A program made the position numbers and the translations under genes. From NCBI RefSeq assembly GCF_018350175.1, contig NC_058368.1, forward strand, positions 53,818,001 through 53,882,000: a stretch of DNA of 64,000 bases, given 5' to 3'. Below, piece by piece: positions 46,501 to 59,095 of the stretch (position 1 is the first letter of the stretch; every line of letters starts with the position of its first letter). The stretch comes from Felis catus. Its lineage: Eukaryota. The notes beneath the pieces are model-generated. The model was given only the letters and a program-made list of their open reading frames with translations, ran no database searches and was not told where the DNA came from.

Positions 46501-48783
46501 AAAAGTGTCAACTACCAAGAAGGGAGTCATCTTGAAACCTGTCAGAGAAGACATACCTCCCCAGATGGTTCTGTTTCCTATTCTTCCATGGCATCAAGCT
46601 GCCTACAATCTTTACTACAGTATTGTTTTCCCTTACTGATAAATTTGGCTTTCTCCCATCCCCCAGGTGTTTTCTTCATAGAAGAAGGATAATATAAGTG
46701 TCTTAATTGTAATAAACTTTCATAAACATGGAGATAATTGTGAAGCCTCTGTTGAACATATCTCTTCCTTTAAGCCATGGCATTTCTCCTGATCATCTAT
46801 TTAAGTCCCTCCTAAATTTGTCTTTCTTTACGAATGACATTTTACAATGATATCACTTTTATAAAATAATGGTGACTCCTGATTGGGTAGAAGATTTCAG
46901 TAAGGGTCAAGGGTAATGCTAGAGAAAGTTCTATGCAGATCTGGAATCACTTTAATCTCTTTCCCTTCTACATGTCAAAAATAGGAATGAGGTTCCAGAA
47001 TAAACAGTAAAGCAACTTCTAGATAACCCAATAGAGGAAGAAAAAATGGCATATTTCCAGTAATTCCGGATTGTGTAGGAAGACAAAATATAATCAGTGG
47101 AGAGGAGATTGACTTGTACATTAGAAATGCTTTTATGTAGCTTTGAGCTCTGACTGAACTTGTTATTTCTGGACTCCATGACATGACTTAATGTCAGGGT
47201 AATGTGTTTATTTATTCAATTTGTATAATGTGTCCCAGAGTCTCAAGAAGTAAATGGAGGCATTATCAACGTAAATGAAGAGTTTGCTCCAAGCGGTGAT
47301 GCTCTGGGGATGGATATCCAATCCAGATGTAGGTTTGTTGGAAGGAAAGTAGAGTGGGTGTCAGTGTCAGTTACCTCCAGGTCAACACGCTACCATGGCA
47401 GATGAATAGAATATTAAGGGTTGCCTAATAAATAACTGCTTTCCCTGAGGAAGAGAATTTCCAGGTTCTCTTTGTAACATCGAGTCTCTGATGAGAGATA
47501 AGGGCACCAAATGATCTGGAGAAAGCAAATAAATTGATTGGCCACTGGAAGGAGGAGAAGAGCAGCTTGCACCGGAGGGGACAATGTAGTGGATGTCCTT
47601 TAGGAACAGAGCCTTCCTCTGGCTTCGGGTCGGTATGCAAACATTAGATTGTTGCCGGGCTGGCAGCAGATGATGGTGAGTCCTCTGCCAAGACATGTCC
47701 TTTTCCTTTGATAATGGTGTCCAGAATTCTTGATGAATGGTTGGGTGAATTTTCTAGGTTTCTGGGTGGGGATTCAAATCAATAGAACTGTGATACATAA
47801 TTGTGTGTCTCTTTCCTTTTTTTTTTTTTTTTTTTTTTAAAGACGAGCCAGATCAAATACCCCAAAACTATCCATTTTGCACCAGATTTTTTTTTTTTTT
47901 TTTTAGAAACTAAATTCTCCTTAAGATTATAGCAACTGAACATTTGAGATGGGTTTGGACCACCAGCTAGTTTATTCTAAGTTAGTCCTGGTTTTAAACC
48001 TACCAAACTGTCCTCAGTTGTGTCACTGGGCCTGATACATAAACAAAGAGCAAAATTCTAAAGTACTCTTGGTGATAGAAGGGGTGGGAATTACAGAATC
48101 AAACACTGATATCATGTTGAAAGTTTAGTAATAACCTGTTCTAATTCAATGTAATCAAACAAAAAGGAGTATTGCTTTTAATTGAATTTGTTGAGATAGA
48201 CTTATGTAAATATATTTACAATCTATCTGAGTAATTCAGGATAGAACTTCTACGTACAGCACATACTAGCCCCAGGCCACAGTGTGTGATGTGCAAGTTT
48301 TACACTTACCAAAAAAAAAAAATTCAAATTTATTCCATTGTTCAGTCTCCCCTACCTGGCTGGTCAGTGTGAGCTGCCCCGTTTTTCCAGGGGTGTATCT
48401 ATGCTCCCGGGGCATGAAAAAAGTACGAAGTACAGGTGTCTCTGCTAAGATATCCATCATCTCTTCTGGTCTTCAGTCATCAGCCCGCACAGGATAGGAA
48501 TCATCATTTCTTTATAGTCCCATCTGCCTACACAGAATACATAGCCATCCCCTGTCTTCCTGAGGCCCCAACCTGGGAGGCACAGAATGAAGGTGGAGGG
48601 ACTACATTTCTCTTTGGGATCCCAAGGCTGCCTCTGTTCACCTTGCTTCTACCATCCATTCTTTCTCCTTTCCCACCCAAATGAATCATTTTCCAGACTG
48701 TGGCCGAGGAGAGGTCAGGTGTCTTACAGTTTTTCCTCCCACTTATTTTGTCCTCGCACAGAGTTGTCACTATCACTCAAGTG

Positions 48784-48976
48784 CTAGGTTTCTTACCTTC
48801 GGCGCTATTGTTACTTCATTGTTGGGGGGGCTGTCCTGCTCACTGTAGGATGTTTAGCAGCATCCCCGGCCTCCACTCGCCAGATGTCAGTACCACTTCC
48901 AGTTGTGAAAATTGAAAATTGTCTCCAGACCTTGCCAAATGGCCCTGGTGCCTTTGCCCTTGGTGGAGAACTACTT
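48784..48976. mobile_element. MER20 (hAT-Charlie MITE)
   Basis: GGGGCTGTCCTG..CACTGTAGGATGTTTAGCAGCATCCC.GGCCTC; TGTCTCCAGAC.TTGCCAAATG. Confidence 0.88.
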
Positions 48977-50369
48977 TGTGAAGTGTATGCACTTTTAGAA
49001 ACCAAAGCTGTTGAGATTTCCCCAGAGACAATAAACAGTGTACGGGAGAGCTGGCAGAAGGCGTGGCCAAAGGAGATATGAGAAAGTGGGAGTTTATCAC
49101 TTAAGTTATTTATAAACCCTCTATTTGACATTCAGGACAAGGAGACAGAAATGTTAGGATAGCTACACACACACTTTGACACTACACATAGAAACTGAAA
49201 TGTTAGAGGGGTTTTGACTTCGTATTTTTATGAATTGTTTTCTCCTTACCAACACTGCTGTCACTTTTCTAAGACAGTATCTACGTTAATACAAGTAAAT
49301 TGATGCAAATAAAATAGATTTCAGAAGCTGAACATTAAAGTTTTGTGTGCATGATGTGTTGTTTAAAATTGTATTTTTCTAAAATACATGAATTTCTTCT
49401 AATCTAAACCAAACAGGACATTATATAGAACATCATCATGGCATCTTATTAAACAGGAAAAAAAAAAAACCTCACGAAATATAGGCATGTATGGGTAGCA
49501 TTAACTATACCACACTTCTTGAGGAAGAATAACAAAAGTACCAACTTGTGAAAAATTCAATTTATGAGACATTTTGAGTTCCTGAACTTAAGGGAAAGGA
49601 AGTCACATATTTCCCTGTGACTGATCTATGATGGGCCAAATAGAAATGTCAAAGGCTGTTGACAGAACAAGAATAATGGGCATACGTTTATGGCCTTTGT
49701 CAATAGCCCCAGAGATCAATGGCTTCATTGACCAAAAACCCAGTACTTCGTCCAAAGGATGAATTTTGAAAAAAGGTTTCCAGATGCAGTTTATATCCAG
49801 GTGTTGTGTTGGCCTTTTTGACACCCTCTAGTCACCTCGCCCCAGGCAGAGGAAATTTGAAAACTTATGATCAACAAGCTTGCTTTCTTCCAGGCAATGT
49901 TTGATAAAGTGTGGACTGGTAGAGGTATTCATTCTCGTGGCTGGTAAAGAGTTTGGGAAATGATGGAGCAGTTATTTAGGATTTTTGTCACTGAATGCAT
50001 ACCCTTTTCCACCTGTACACAGAAAGAACCTAAACCATTTAGTGTCCAGCATATTTCTTCCTTTTGAGGATGACAGTTTTTAAAATTTCCACCTCTTTGA
50101 TGTTGTGCTTATGCTAAGAAAGATTTCAGTGCAGTGACGTTTAGTTATCCTAATGTGACAATTGTTTTACTTTGAAATTGTTTTTCTCAAACACTATACC
50201 GATCCGAGCTTCAAACACAAATTTAAAACTCTGAGTTATTCTGTATATAACACCAACTAAAGTGTTTTATGTTTTCAGGTTTTATTTTATTCTCAAAAAC
50301 CTATACCCATATTTTCTCATGAATAAATATGAATATCTTAATTGAAAGTGAACTATTAAATGTAAGCAG

Positions 50370-51035
50370 GAAATATATACAAGAGAAAATGTATCTCTTT
50401 AACAAACATGAAAAAGATACTTAATTCATTAGTAAACAACAAAATGCAAATTAAAACAAAACAAGATACAATTTTTTACTTATCAAATTGGCAATGATAA
50501 AAAATTTTAGGGTACCCAATACTGGACATAGTAGGAGAGAGAAATGTTATGGCCTCTTTGGAAAATAATTTGACCATATGTAGAAAGGGTTGCTTAAATT
50601 TCCAAGCCTGAGACAAGAAAATTATATTAAATACAGAAAAGTTTATGTACACAGGTACTCATTGTAGTAATATTTAGAATAGAGGGAGAAAGGAGAAACA
50701 GAATGTTTGACAATAAAAGAAATTTAAATAAAGTGTGACACATCTCCCCTATGAATATGTATGTAGACATTAAATATGCTAATTATTTACAATAATAGAA
50801 AAACATTCATGTTATATTTAGGAAACCGTGCACTTCAAATATTATATCAATTATGTATCAAAATTACATAAAAGTGTTGCTTAGAAAAAAGACTAAAATA
50901 TAGAAAAAATATTAATGCTTGTATTTATACTGAGACTATGGATAAATATTTTTAAATTTTAGTCAAATTTTCCAAAATTTTCCAAAAATTTTATATTTAT
51001 CTTTTGCATTTGGAATAAAAAATTTTACTTTAAAA
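50370..51035 (+). mobile_element. Ancient L1ME-like 3' fragment
   Basis: AAACATGAAAAAGAT..AATTCATTAGTA..AAAATGCAAATTAAAACA motifs. Confidence 0.75.
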
Positions 51036-51714
51036 AAGTATATATAGTTAAAAATGGTTACTCTGCAATTCTAATCCTCACATGTATAGTTTCTGAACTA
51101 CTGTTTTTTGTTTTTGGGGGTTTTTTTTCAAATAAAAAACATTACCAAATGACTATAACTTGTATGCTGGTCACCATTTTTTCACTTAGTCCAGCTTCAG
51201 CCATCTTTGGTAAAATTGAGCATCATTTTTAAAATAATGATAAACTTATGCCTCATGGCTTGTTCCAAATCTTGTATTTTATTGGTCAATTTAATTTACA
51301 GGACTTCATATATCCAGTCTTCTCTGTTAGAGTCACAATGCTATTTTCTAGAACTATCAACAAAGTCATTTCCAGTGAAGGGGCTTGTCTTTTCTTATTT
51401 GCTTCCTAGAATATTATCTGATTCTGGCTTGAATTTTAAGAAGCTCTCAGTCCTCAGGGAAACAGAATTGTCACACCTGTGGGTTTTCCTTCCCTGCTCT
51501 TCCAGGGTTGTGAGCGTACTGGGTGTTGGGCAAGAAGGGCACAGGCCCAGCGTTATAGCCTCTGCCTTTAGCCGCCAGTAATCTCAGGATTCCTGGGCTC
51601 TGAAGCAATTTCTAGTTCTTATGGTGTTTGAGGGAGGGAGGTAGGGGTGTTGTCAGGGGAAAAGTGGAAAATACCAAACAATAGTTTAACTTCAAAAATC
51701 TCACATAGTACTTA

Positions 51715-51867
51715 AGTGGTTTTCAATGTGTGGTCCTGAACCGACAGCATGTCTAACTTAGGAACACAAATTCTCAGGCCACTTAACAGACCTACTGAAT
51801 CAGAAGCTGTGCTTTTGTTCAAGCCCTCCAGGTGATTCTGATGCATACCACAATTTGAGAACACTGT
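51715..51867. mobile_element. MER5A (hAT-Charlie MITE)
   Basis: AGTGGTTTTCAA..., CAGACCTACTGAATCAGAA, CAAGCCCTCCAGGTGATTCTGATGCA, TTTGAGAAC.ACTG. Confidence 0.88.
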
Positions 51868-51909
51868 TTAAGAAGAGACCTAAAGAAAACAACAAAGTAA
51901 CATGCAGTC

Positions 51910-52162
51910 GGGGCCCCTGGGTGGCTCAGTTGCTTTAGCATTCACTCTTGATCTTGGCTTGAGTCACGATCTCATGGTTCCTGAGTTTCAAGCCCCACGC
52001 GGGGTTCTGCACTGGTAGTGTGGAGCCTGCTTGGGATTCTCTCTTTCTCTCTCTCTCTGCCTGTTCCCTTCTTGTGCTCTCTCTCTCTCTCTGTCTCTCT
52101 CAAAATAAATAAACTTAAAAAAATAAGTGCCCTCCTTAATCCACATCACCTATTTAAAAAAA
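51910..52162 (+). mobile_element. CAN-SINE with an extra 3' segment inside the TSD
   Basis: SINE body 51910-52123, unique 52124-52155, second A-tract; TSD AAAGTAA(C/A)ATGCAGT at 51894-51908 and 52163-52177. Confidence 0.9.
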
Positions 52163-52632
52163 AAAGTAAAATGCAGTTTTGTACAGTACGTTTTGAATAA
52201 GGTTGAAGCTAGCCAAGGCAATTTTTGGAAATAATTATTCTTACTGTGTAAAGCCTCGCCAGTTTTTCTCTTTTACCTCATAAGTATTAACAATCCCCTC
52301 GTGAACTGTCTTTCCCTCTGCCTCTGCTGTAAAGCTGGTCTTTCATTGCTAGATTCAGTGGCCGTGACGTTGTGATGTGCCAAGGCCACAGAAGTCCTTG
52401 GATTCCTTTTCTGGAGGACCAGCTTAGGATGGTGTTCATGACAGTAACTGTGTGCTATTATTTCCCACACTTCATATTTAAAAACCATGTGTGAGTATTC
52501 CTTTGAACATCTGTAGCAGGTAGGTGGCTCCCACATTTACTCCCAAAAATAAAGAAAATGCAAGAAAATGATCCCCTTCCCCACAATTCTGCTTCACAAA
52601 AGTATTTGCCATTTAGAATATATTTCTCTTTA

Positions 52633-52791
52633 GGAGTTCTGGGGTGGCTCAGTCGGTTGAGCGTCCGACTTCTGCTTAGGTCGTGGCTCATGGGTTGTGA
52701 GTTTGAGCCCTGCATTGGGCTCTGTGCTAGCAGCTCAGAGCCTGGAGCCTGCTTTGAATCCTGTGTCTCCCTCTCTTTCTGCCCCTCCCTA

Positions 52792-52823
<32 letters not shown>

Positions 52824-52827
52824 AAAA

Positions 52828-52862
<35 letters not shown>

Positions 52863-52864
52863 AA
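52633..52864 (+). mobile_element. CAN-SINE with (TAAA)n tail
   Basis: flanks TTAGAATAT(A/G)TTTCTCT. Confidence 0.93.
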
Positions 52865-53402
52865 CATTAGAATATGTTTCTCTATCGATTTATTTACTGA
52901 CTGTTTGTAACTGTATCAAGTGTTCTTCTCTGATCAGCTTTCTGGGAATGCCCAGAGAAAGAATCTATCATTGTTATTCTGGATCTATAAAATAGCATGT
53001 CTTCTAGGCATTGTATGTCTTTATTTCCATAGTTATGGTCCAGAATTCACTATCAATTTCAATTCTAAACTTAAACTCCTTCCTGCATGGACACTGTTCC
53101 CACTGCTTCTATTTATTAGGCTCTCCTCATACAGTTTTTGCAGGACACTTTGTTACCTTTACATGTTGTCTTATTCTGGCAGCCAGGATGCATTCTACTT
53201 CCTACTGGATAAGGAAGGTAATATGATTTAGATGATGGTCAATGGCTTCCTTGCAAACTGTCCCCATTGCTAGGCATGATACAAGGCCTGTGTTTTAATT
53301 GGTCTGTCCAATTTCCCAGGACTGGTTTCTCTCCCATAGCCCTGGCCCATATTTTCACTCCTTGGTGGCATTCAACCTTCTAGTATGTTCTCTAACTCTA
53401 AA

Positions 53403-53948
53403 ACCATGCTTCTCAAACTTTGCTGTGCATCCCAAACACCTGGTAAACTTTTTTATTTTATTTTATTTTATTTTATTTTATTTTATTTTATTTTATTTTA
53501 TTTTATTTTATTATTTTATTTTATTTTATTTTATTTTATGTTGTTTTATTTTGTTTTGTCTTGTTTTATTTTATTTTATTATTTTATCTTATCTTAAAGT
53601 GTATTTATTTATTTTGGGGAGAGGTAGAGAGCAGGGGAGGGGCAGAGAAAGAAGGACTGAGAGAGAGAATCCCAAGCGGGCTCTACACCAGCAGGATTGA
53701 GCCTGATGTGGGGCTTCAACCCATGAACCTTGGGATCATGACCTGAGCCCAAACCAAGAGTTGGACGCTTAACCGAGTGAGCCACCCAGGTGCCCACACC
53801 TGATTAACTTTTTAAAATGCATATTTCTGGGCCCACTGCCAGTCATTCTGATTCAGCAGATTCTGAAAAAAGCTGTAGAACTATCATTTCTAACATGCTC
53901 ACACGTGATGCTAATGCTGCAGGTCTGAAGACTAAACCTTGAGTAAAA
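53403..53948. mobile_element. MER5-family MITE interrupted by a SINE
   Basis: GCTTCTCAAACTTT..TGCATC..AA.CACCTGG; TTCTGATTCAG.AG; GTGATGCT.ATGCTGC. Confidence 0.75.
53454..53795 (-). mobile_element. CAN-SINE whose tail has expanded into (ATTTT)n
   Basis: TSD ACACCTG(GT/AT)(A/T)AACTTTTT at 53436-53453 and 53796-53813. Confidence 0.93.
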
Positions 53949-53981
53949 TTTAGTTTTGTAATTTACTTTTAATTTTTATAA

Positions 53982-54522
53982 GTGAGACAGACGCTATTAA
54001 TGTCTTAACCCTCCAGCAGCCAGTTCCCCTTTTTCCTGAATAACAGATCCTAATTGTACCTGGGGACTCACCGACGCCTCTTGCTTTGGGAAGGCCTACC
54101 TTCAATTCCAGTGCCAGGATGAGAATCTTAATAAGTTGAAGATAATTAAGCTAATAAATTGAAATTCAGAATAATTTCATTGCCCTGTGAATGATTTAGT
54201 CTGAGACACGATGAACGAAGTCAGCTGTGGGTGGGGTGGGGGAGCTTCTGAGAGAGATTTCTTATCTCTGGAAGAGATACATCTGGAAGAGATAAACCCT
54301 TTTTCTGGCTCTGGACCATAGGATGTTATTGTAAGAGTGCTAAGTTTGCTCATGGTCATCAGGAAAGCTTGCCAAATATTGAGGACAGCAAAGCGGAAAA
54401 AAGAAAATAATAGGGCCCTCAAATGACGATGAACCAACAAGTAACCAGCCTGGTGCCACCCTGCCTCAAGACTTCGTATGTGGGATTTCTGTTTCTTGCA
54501 GCTAAAAGTAAATTAATTGATA
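53982..54522 (+). mobile_element. Old MaLR LTR (MLT1K/L-like)
   Basis: GGGGAGCTTCTGAGAGAGATTTC; AACCAGCCTGG.GCCACCCTGCCTC..GACTTC; TTTCTGTT.CTTGCAGCTAAAAG. Confidence 0.65.
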
Positions 54523-55086
54523 TGATGTATCTATCTGGCATCTATTTATTTATCTTTAATCTGTTTCTATAATTAGATTATATTTGATATTCTGGTTTAT
54601 CTTCAGATAGTATAAATCTTTCGCCTTTTACTATAATTTGATTATCTCTCAATAAGTATGTGACAATCAGGGAAGATAGAGCACTGTTAGAATATAGCTA
54701 TGTTATGTGGGTTAGCTTACTGTCCATCATCATCATATCAAAAAGTCATCCCATTTCCTTGTTATACAGAGATTTGGAAGGAGTAGAGTATAGGAAAGTT
54801 AAGTCTGATGGTCTGTGTATAGTAGGACAAACATTTCACACTCTACTCCAGAGGGCAGGCCCAAAAAGTCACCAGAAAGGGAACCCTAGGCTCCTGTGGC
54901 ACAGCAAGAAGGAACCAGGGGTCTCTGTTTTCAAATATCCTTTCTGGTATCCCTTCATTAATGCTCGTACGACAGTATTGTCTTCTCCACTGCACATTTG
55001 CTGTAGTTAAAACAAAAACTGATCATGACATTCTCACAGAATCCTTTAAAGACTCTCCATTTTTCTTTTCTAAATTGTATGGTGGT

Positions 55087-55305
55087 GGGGTGCCTGGGTG
55101 GTTCAGTCAGTTAAGCGTCCAAATCCTGGTTTCGGCTCACGTCATGATCTCATGGTTCATGGTATCAAGCTCTGTGTTGGGCTGTGTGCTGACAGTGTGG
55201 AACCTGCTTGGGATTCTCTGTCTCCCTTGCGCTCTGCCCCTCCCCCACTTGCACTGTTTCTGTCTCAAAATAAATACACTTAAAATTTTTTTAAAAAATA
55301 CAAAA
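55087..55305 (+). mobile_element. CAN-SINE
   Basis: GGGGTGCCTGGGTGG head, CT tract, AAAATAAAT tail. Confidence 0.93.
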
Positions 55306-55387
55306 TAGGGGATTGTGGCAAGAACACTTAGCATCAGATCTACCCTCTTAACAAATTTGTAAGTGTACAATATAGTGCTGTTATCTA

Positions 55388-55869
55388 TAGATATTTCTTG
55401 GCTTTTGATGGAGTTACAGCTGATAAACCCATTGTAAGTTAAAAATACTGTATATTGAAAATGCAATTAATACACCTAATCTACAAGCATCATACCTTTG
55501 CCTAGCCTACCTTAAACATACTCAAAACATTTACTTAACAGTTGGGCAAAATTGTCTAACTCAAAGATGATTTGATAATAAAGTATTAAATATTTCAAGT
55601 AATTTATTGAAGACTCTCCTGAAGGTGAAACGCAGCATGGCTGTATGGGGGCAGAATGGTTTTAAGTATATGGGCTGTTTACCCTCTTGATCCCATAGCT
55701 GACTGGGAGCTTTGGCTCACTGCCACTGCCCAGTTTTGTGAGAGAGGACCATACCACATATGGTAGCCTGGGGAAAGATCCAAATTCAAAGAGTGTGTAT
55801 CACTTTCACACCATTGTAAAGTCGAAAACCGTAAGTCGAGCCATCCTAAGTTAGGGAACGGACCGTCTA
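55388..55869. mobile_element. Tigger5/MER47-family TcMar DNA transposon derivative
   Basis: GATAAACCCATTGTAAGTT.AAAATA, TAATACACCTAA, GCCTAGCCTACCTTAAAC, GTAAAGTCGAAAA.CGTAAGTCGA; TA flanks at 55386-87 and 55870-71. Confidence 0.85.
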
Positions 55870-56639
55870 TACAGGCCCTGTGTTGCACAGCAGAGGTCTA
55901 CCATGTATTCGCCTCGTGTAACTAAAATGTCATACCCATTGAAGATCAACTTCCATTTCCTCTTCCCCTTACCCCCTGGTAACCACCATTCTGTTCTCTA
56001 CTCCTATATCTTTCACCATTTTACATTCCTCATACAGGTGGAACCATGTAGTATTTGTCTTTCTACGACTGGCTTAGTTCACTCAGCATAATGTCATCAA
56101 GGCTTGTCCATGTGCCACATATTGAAGGACTTCCTTCTGTTATAAGGCTGGATAATATTCCCTTGTATTTATATACCACATTTTCTTCATTCATCTGTTG
56201 ATGAACAGTCAGGTTGTCTCCACACCTCGACTCTTAGGAATAGGGCTGCAGAGAGTGTGAGGGGGGCTACTATCTCTTCAGGATCCTAATTTCAATTCTT
56301 TTGGGGAAATGCCCAGGAATGGGATTGCTGGATCATATGGTAGTTTATTTATTTATTTTTATTTTTATTTTTTTGAGGGACCTCCATACTGTTTTCTATA
56401 GCGGCCGCACTACTTTATGTTCCTATCAACAGCGTACAAGAGCTAGCATTTCTCCACAGCATTGCCAACACTTGTTATCTTTTGCTTTTTTAGTAAAAGT
56501 CATCAGAACGGCTGTGAAGTGATATAGCTCATTGTGGTTTTGATTTGCATTTCCCTGATAATTAGGGGTATTGAGCATCTTTTCATGTGTCTATTGGCGA
56601 TTTGTACATCTTCTTTGGAGAAAGGTCTATTTAAGGTCT

Positions 56640-56849
56640 TTTTAAATTTTTATTAAAATTTAAGTTTATTTATTTTTGAGAGAGACAGCATGAGCTGGGG
56701 AGGAGCAGAGAGAGAGAGGGAGACACAGAATCCAAAGCAGGCTCCAGACTCTGAGCTGTCAGCCTAGAGCCCAATGTGGAGCTCTAACTCACATACTGTG
56801 ACCAGAGCCAAAGTCTGATGCTCAACCCAGTGAACCACCCAGATGCCCC
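56640..56849 (-). mobile_element. CAN-SINE (felid type)
   Basis: antisense SINEC ending CCACCCAGATGCCCC. Confidence 0.92.
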
Positions 56850-56989
56850 TAAAGTTTATTTTTTAATTGGATTATTAGTTTTCTTACTATTGAGTTAGAG
56901 GGATTCCTTATATATTTTGGAAATTAACCCCTTATCAGAAAAATGGTTTGCGACAATTTCTCTGATATGCTAGTTTGTAAAGGCTGCCC

Positions 56990-57520
56990 ATTTTTCTAAA
57001 GGTAAACATTCCAAATCCTTACCTTGGCCCACAAGGCCCACTAGGAGCTGGTTCCCACCTATCAGTCAGCCTTATCTAGAACCACACCTGCCCCCACCCT
57101 TTGCATTTCCTGTTTTTACTGTTATTCTAGCCCCAAAGGCCTAGATTCTAAGGCTTTCAATTCTAAATTCCTGCCTTGTGCTTCCTACCTCACAAACCTT
57201 TGAATACGGCATCTGGTCTCCTCTTGCTAAAAACCATCTCCCACATCTTTGCCACTTCACCCTTTGCCTTTCGTCTTTCCTAGTTCAACTGGAATGCCAC
57301 TCCCAGACAGAACACTTTTTTGAGACTGGACTAAATCTTCCTCTATTCTTGTATATTCTCTTAATGCCATAATTCTCTTTTGTGGGACTCATCACAATTT
57401 TAATTGTATAATTAAATGCACAATTAATTATTTAGTGTCTGTCTCCTAAATTACCATGTGAGTCCATGAGGGCAAGAACATTCTGTTTACTACCATATCC
57501 CTAGCACCAACACTAAACAT
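56990..57520 (+). mobile_element. L2 fragment
   Basis: CCAAATCCTTACCTTGGCC.ACAAGGCCC; TGTGAG.TCCATGAGGGCAAG; ATCCCTAGCACC. Confidence 0.7.
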
Positions 57521-57763
57521 GGGTTGAACAATCTTTTTCTTCAGACACCATCTCTAATTACTGTATTTTTACCCTTCCTTCACCAAACATTTAATAAATA
57601 ATGGTCAGCCTGATTTTGCCCATGATCTTTCCCACCACTATCATTAAATGGACAAAATGGACATTAATTTTTCTGCTTCACAGATTAGAAAATAAGCCCC
57701 AAAGAAGTTAAGTCACCTACCCATATTTGTTTCATCTATGTCGGCATTTAAAGTTAGAGAGCC

Positions 57764-57997
57764 GGGGGTGTCTGGGTGGCTCAGTCAGTTAAGCGTCCGA
57801 CTTCGGCTCAGGTCATGATCTCCCAGTTCATGGGTTCAAGTCCCACATCAGGCTCTGTGCTGACAGCTCAGAGCCTGGAGCCTGCTTCAGATTCTGTGTC
57901 TCCAGCTCTCTCTGCCCCTCCCCCACTCACGCTCTTTCTCCATCTCCCTCTCAAACAAATGAATAAACAATAAAAAATTTAAAAAAAATTAAAAAAG
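57764..57997 (+). mobile_element. CAN-SINE (felid type) inserted in a MIR relic
   Basis: perfect 15-bp TSD TAAAGTTAGAGAGCC at 57749-57763 and 57998-58012. Confidence 0.96.
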
Positions 57998-58949
57998 TAA
58001 AGTTAGAGAGCCTGACTTGTACTCCTTGGCTTCTTCTTGGACTAGTCACCTCCAGGAGATTACTCAGCCTGCTCAGAGAAAGTACACTCATGCTTAAGTA
58101 GACTGCAGCTTTCTTTCCTTCTCTGCACCAGAATTCTATGCAGCTTACCCTTGCCTGAGTCATTTGTGGAAAGCACATTCATGGAGAACACATTGTGTGA
58201 AATATACCAGCCCACCCAGGAATGTCCTACCATCATTCCAGGCACAAAGGGTCCATGGAACATTCTAGGAATATCTTTGAATGGAAATGAGAATTCAAGG
58301 CAGAGCATTTCTCCCAGTCGCTACTTCCCTCTAGACAACCTGGCATGTGCTTAAGTATAAGGACCTGGGAAATCTTGACAGTGAATATAAGATTTTCTGT
58401 TCCTTCTGGAAGAGAGTAATTCAAGAGATACATTAATGCAGACTTGGAAATTAGGATCCTGGCTGTGGCCTTGAATCTCTGAAAGCAGCACCGGGGCAAC
58501 CAGTCTGTAGAGAAAACTTGCAAAGTCATCGGTGGTATTTGTCTAAGAGATAAGTGGCTTTGGAGAAGTTCCTAGAGGGCTCTGGACTTGTCTTCTCCCC
58601 TTCCTCCCCTCCTGACACTCCTCTGACAGTGGCTCAGGAGTGAGATCATCAGCACTGGACACTATTGGCTACTTGCTCACACCAACAAGCGGTTTATAAA
58701 GCCCTCAGTGAGGAAGTATAAAGTAGGGAAAAGGCCAAATTGAAGATGGATAAAGACCGGGTTTTGAAGCCAAATGCTCCAATTAAAATTTTGCCATATT
58801 AAATTTTTGCCATCAAAGCTATAGCCCGTCTTTATCAATAAATAATTGTTGCTGACTGTCTTCTCTGAGTCCATTTTGTGATAGGAGCAGTCAGGAATTT
58901 CAGAAGAATGGGGAGGAAATAGGAGGACAGAGAGAAAGTCAGAAGGATG

Positions 58950-59095
58950 GTGTGGTTTCAGGTCTTCTGTTCACTGGATCAACTTCCTTGGGGCCTATAT
59001 TTTATTCATAAAATGTTAATAGCCTTATGCACTTCATAAGGCTGTTGTAAAAACTGGGAAAGACAAATGTGTCAAAAAAAATAAGTAGCTTAGCA
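58950..59095 (+). mobile_element. MIR fragment
   Basis: AACTTCCTTGGGCCT...ATAAAATG...ACTTCATAAGGCTGTTGT. Confidence 0.55.

Larger units (their letters stand above)
55315..56960 (-). mobile_element. L1MA-type 3' end/ORF2 end, interrupted by a Tigger MITE and a SINE
   Basis: GAACACTTA..ATCTACCCTCTTA.CAAATTT; GGGATTGCTGGATCATATGGTAGT; CTCATTGTGGTTTTGATTTGCATTTCCCTGAT. Confidence 0.9.

Noticed and set aside
47691..47700. Perfect p53 half-site AGACATGTCC near an ATG|GTGAGT donor-like motif
   Set aside because: There is no adjacent second half-site, and frames from the nearest upstream acceptor are closed.
53299..53700. Hydrophobic FILFY-repeat ORF resembling a membrane protein
   Set aside because: It is the translation of the (ATTTT)n SINE tail.
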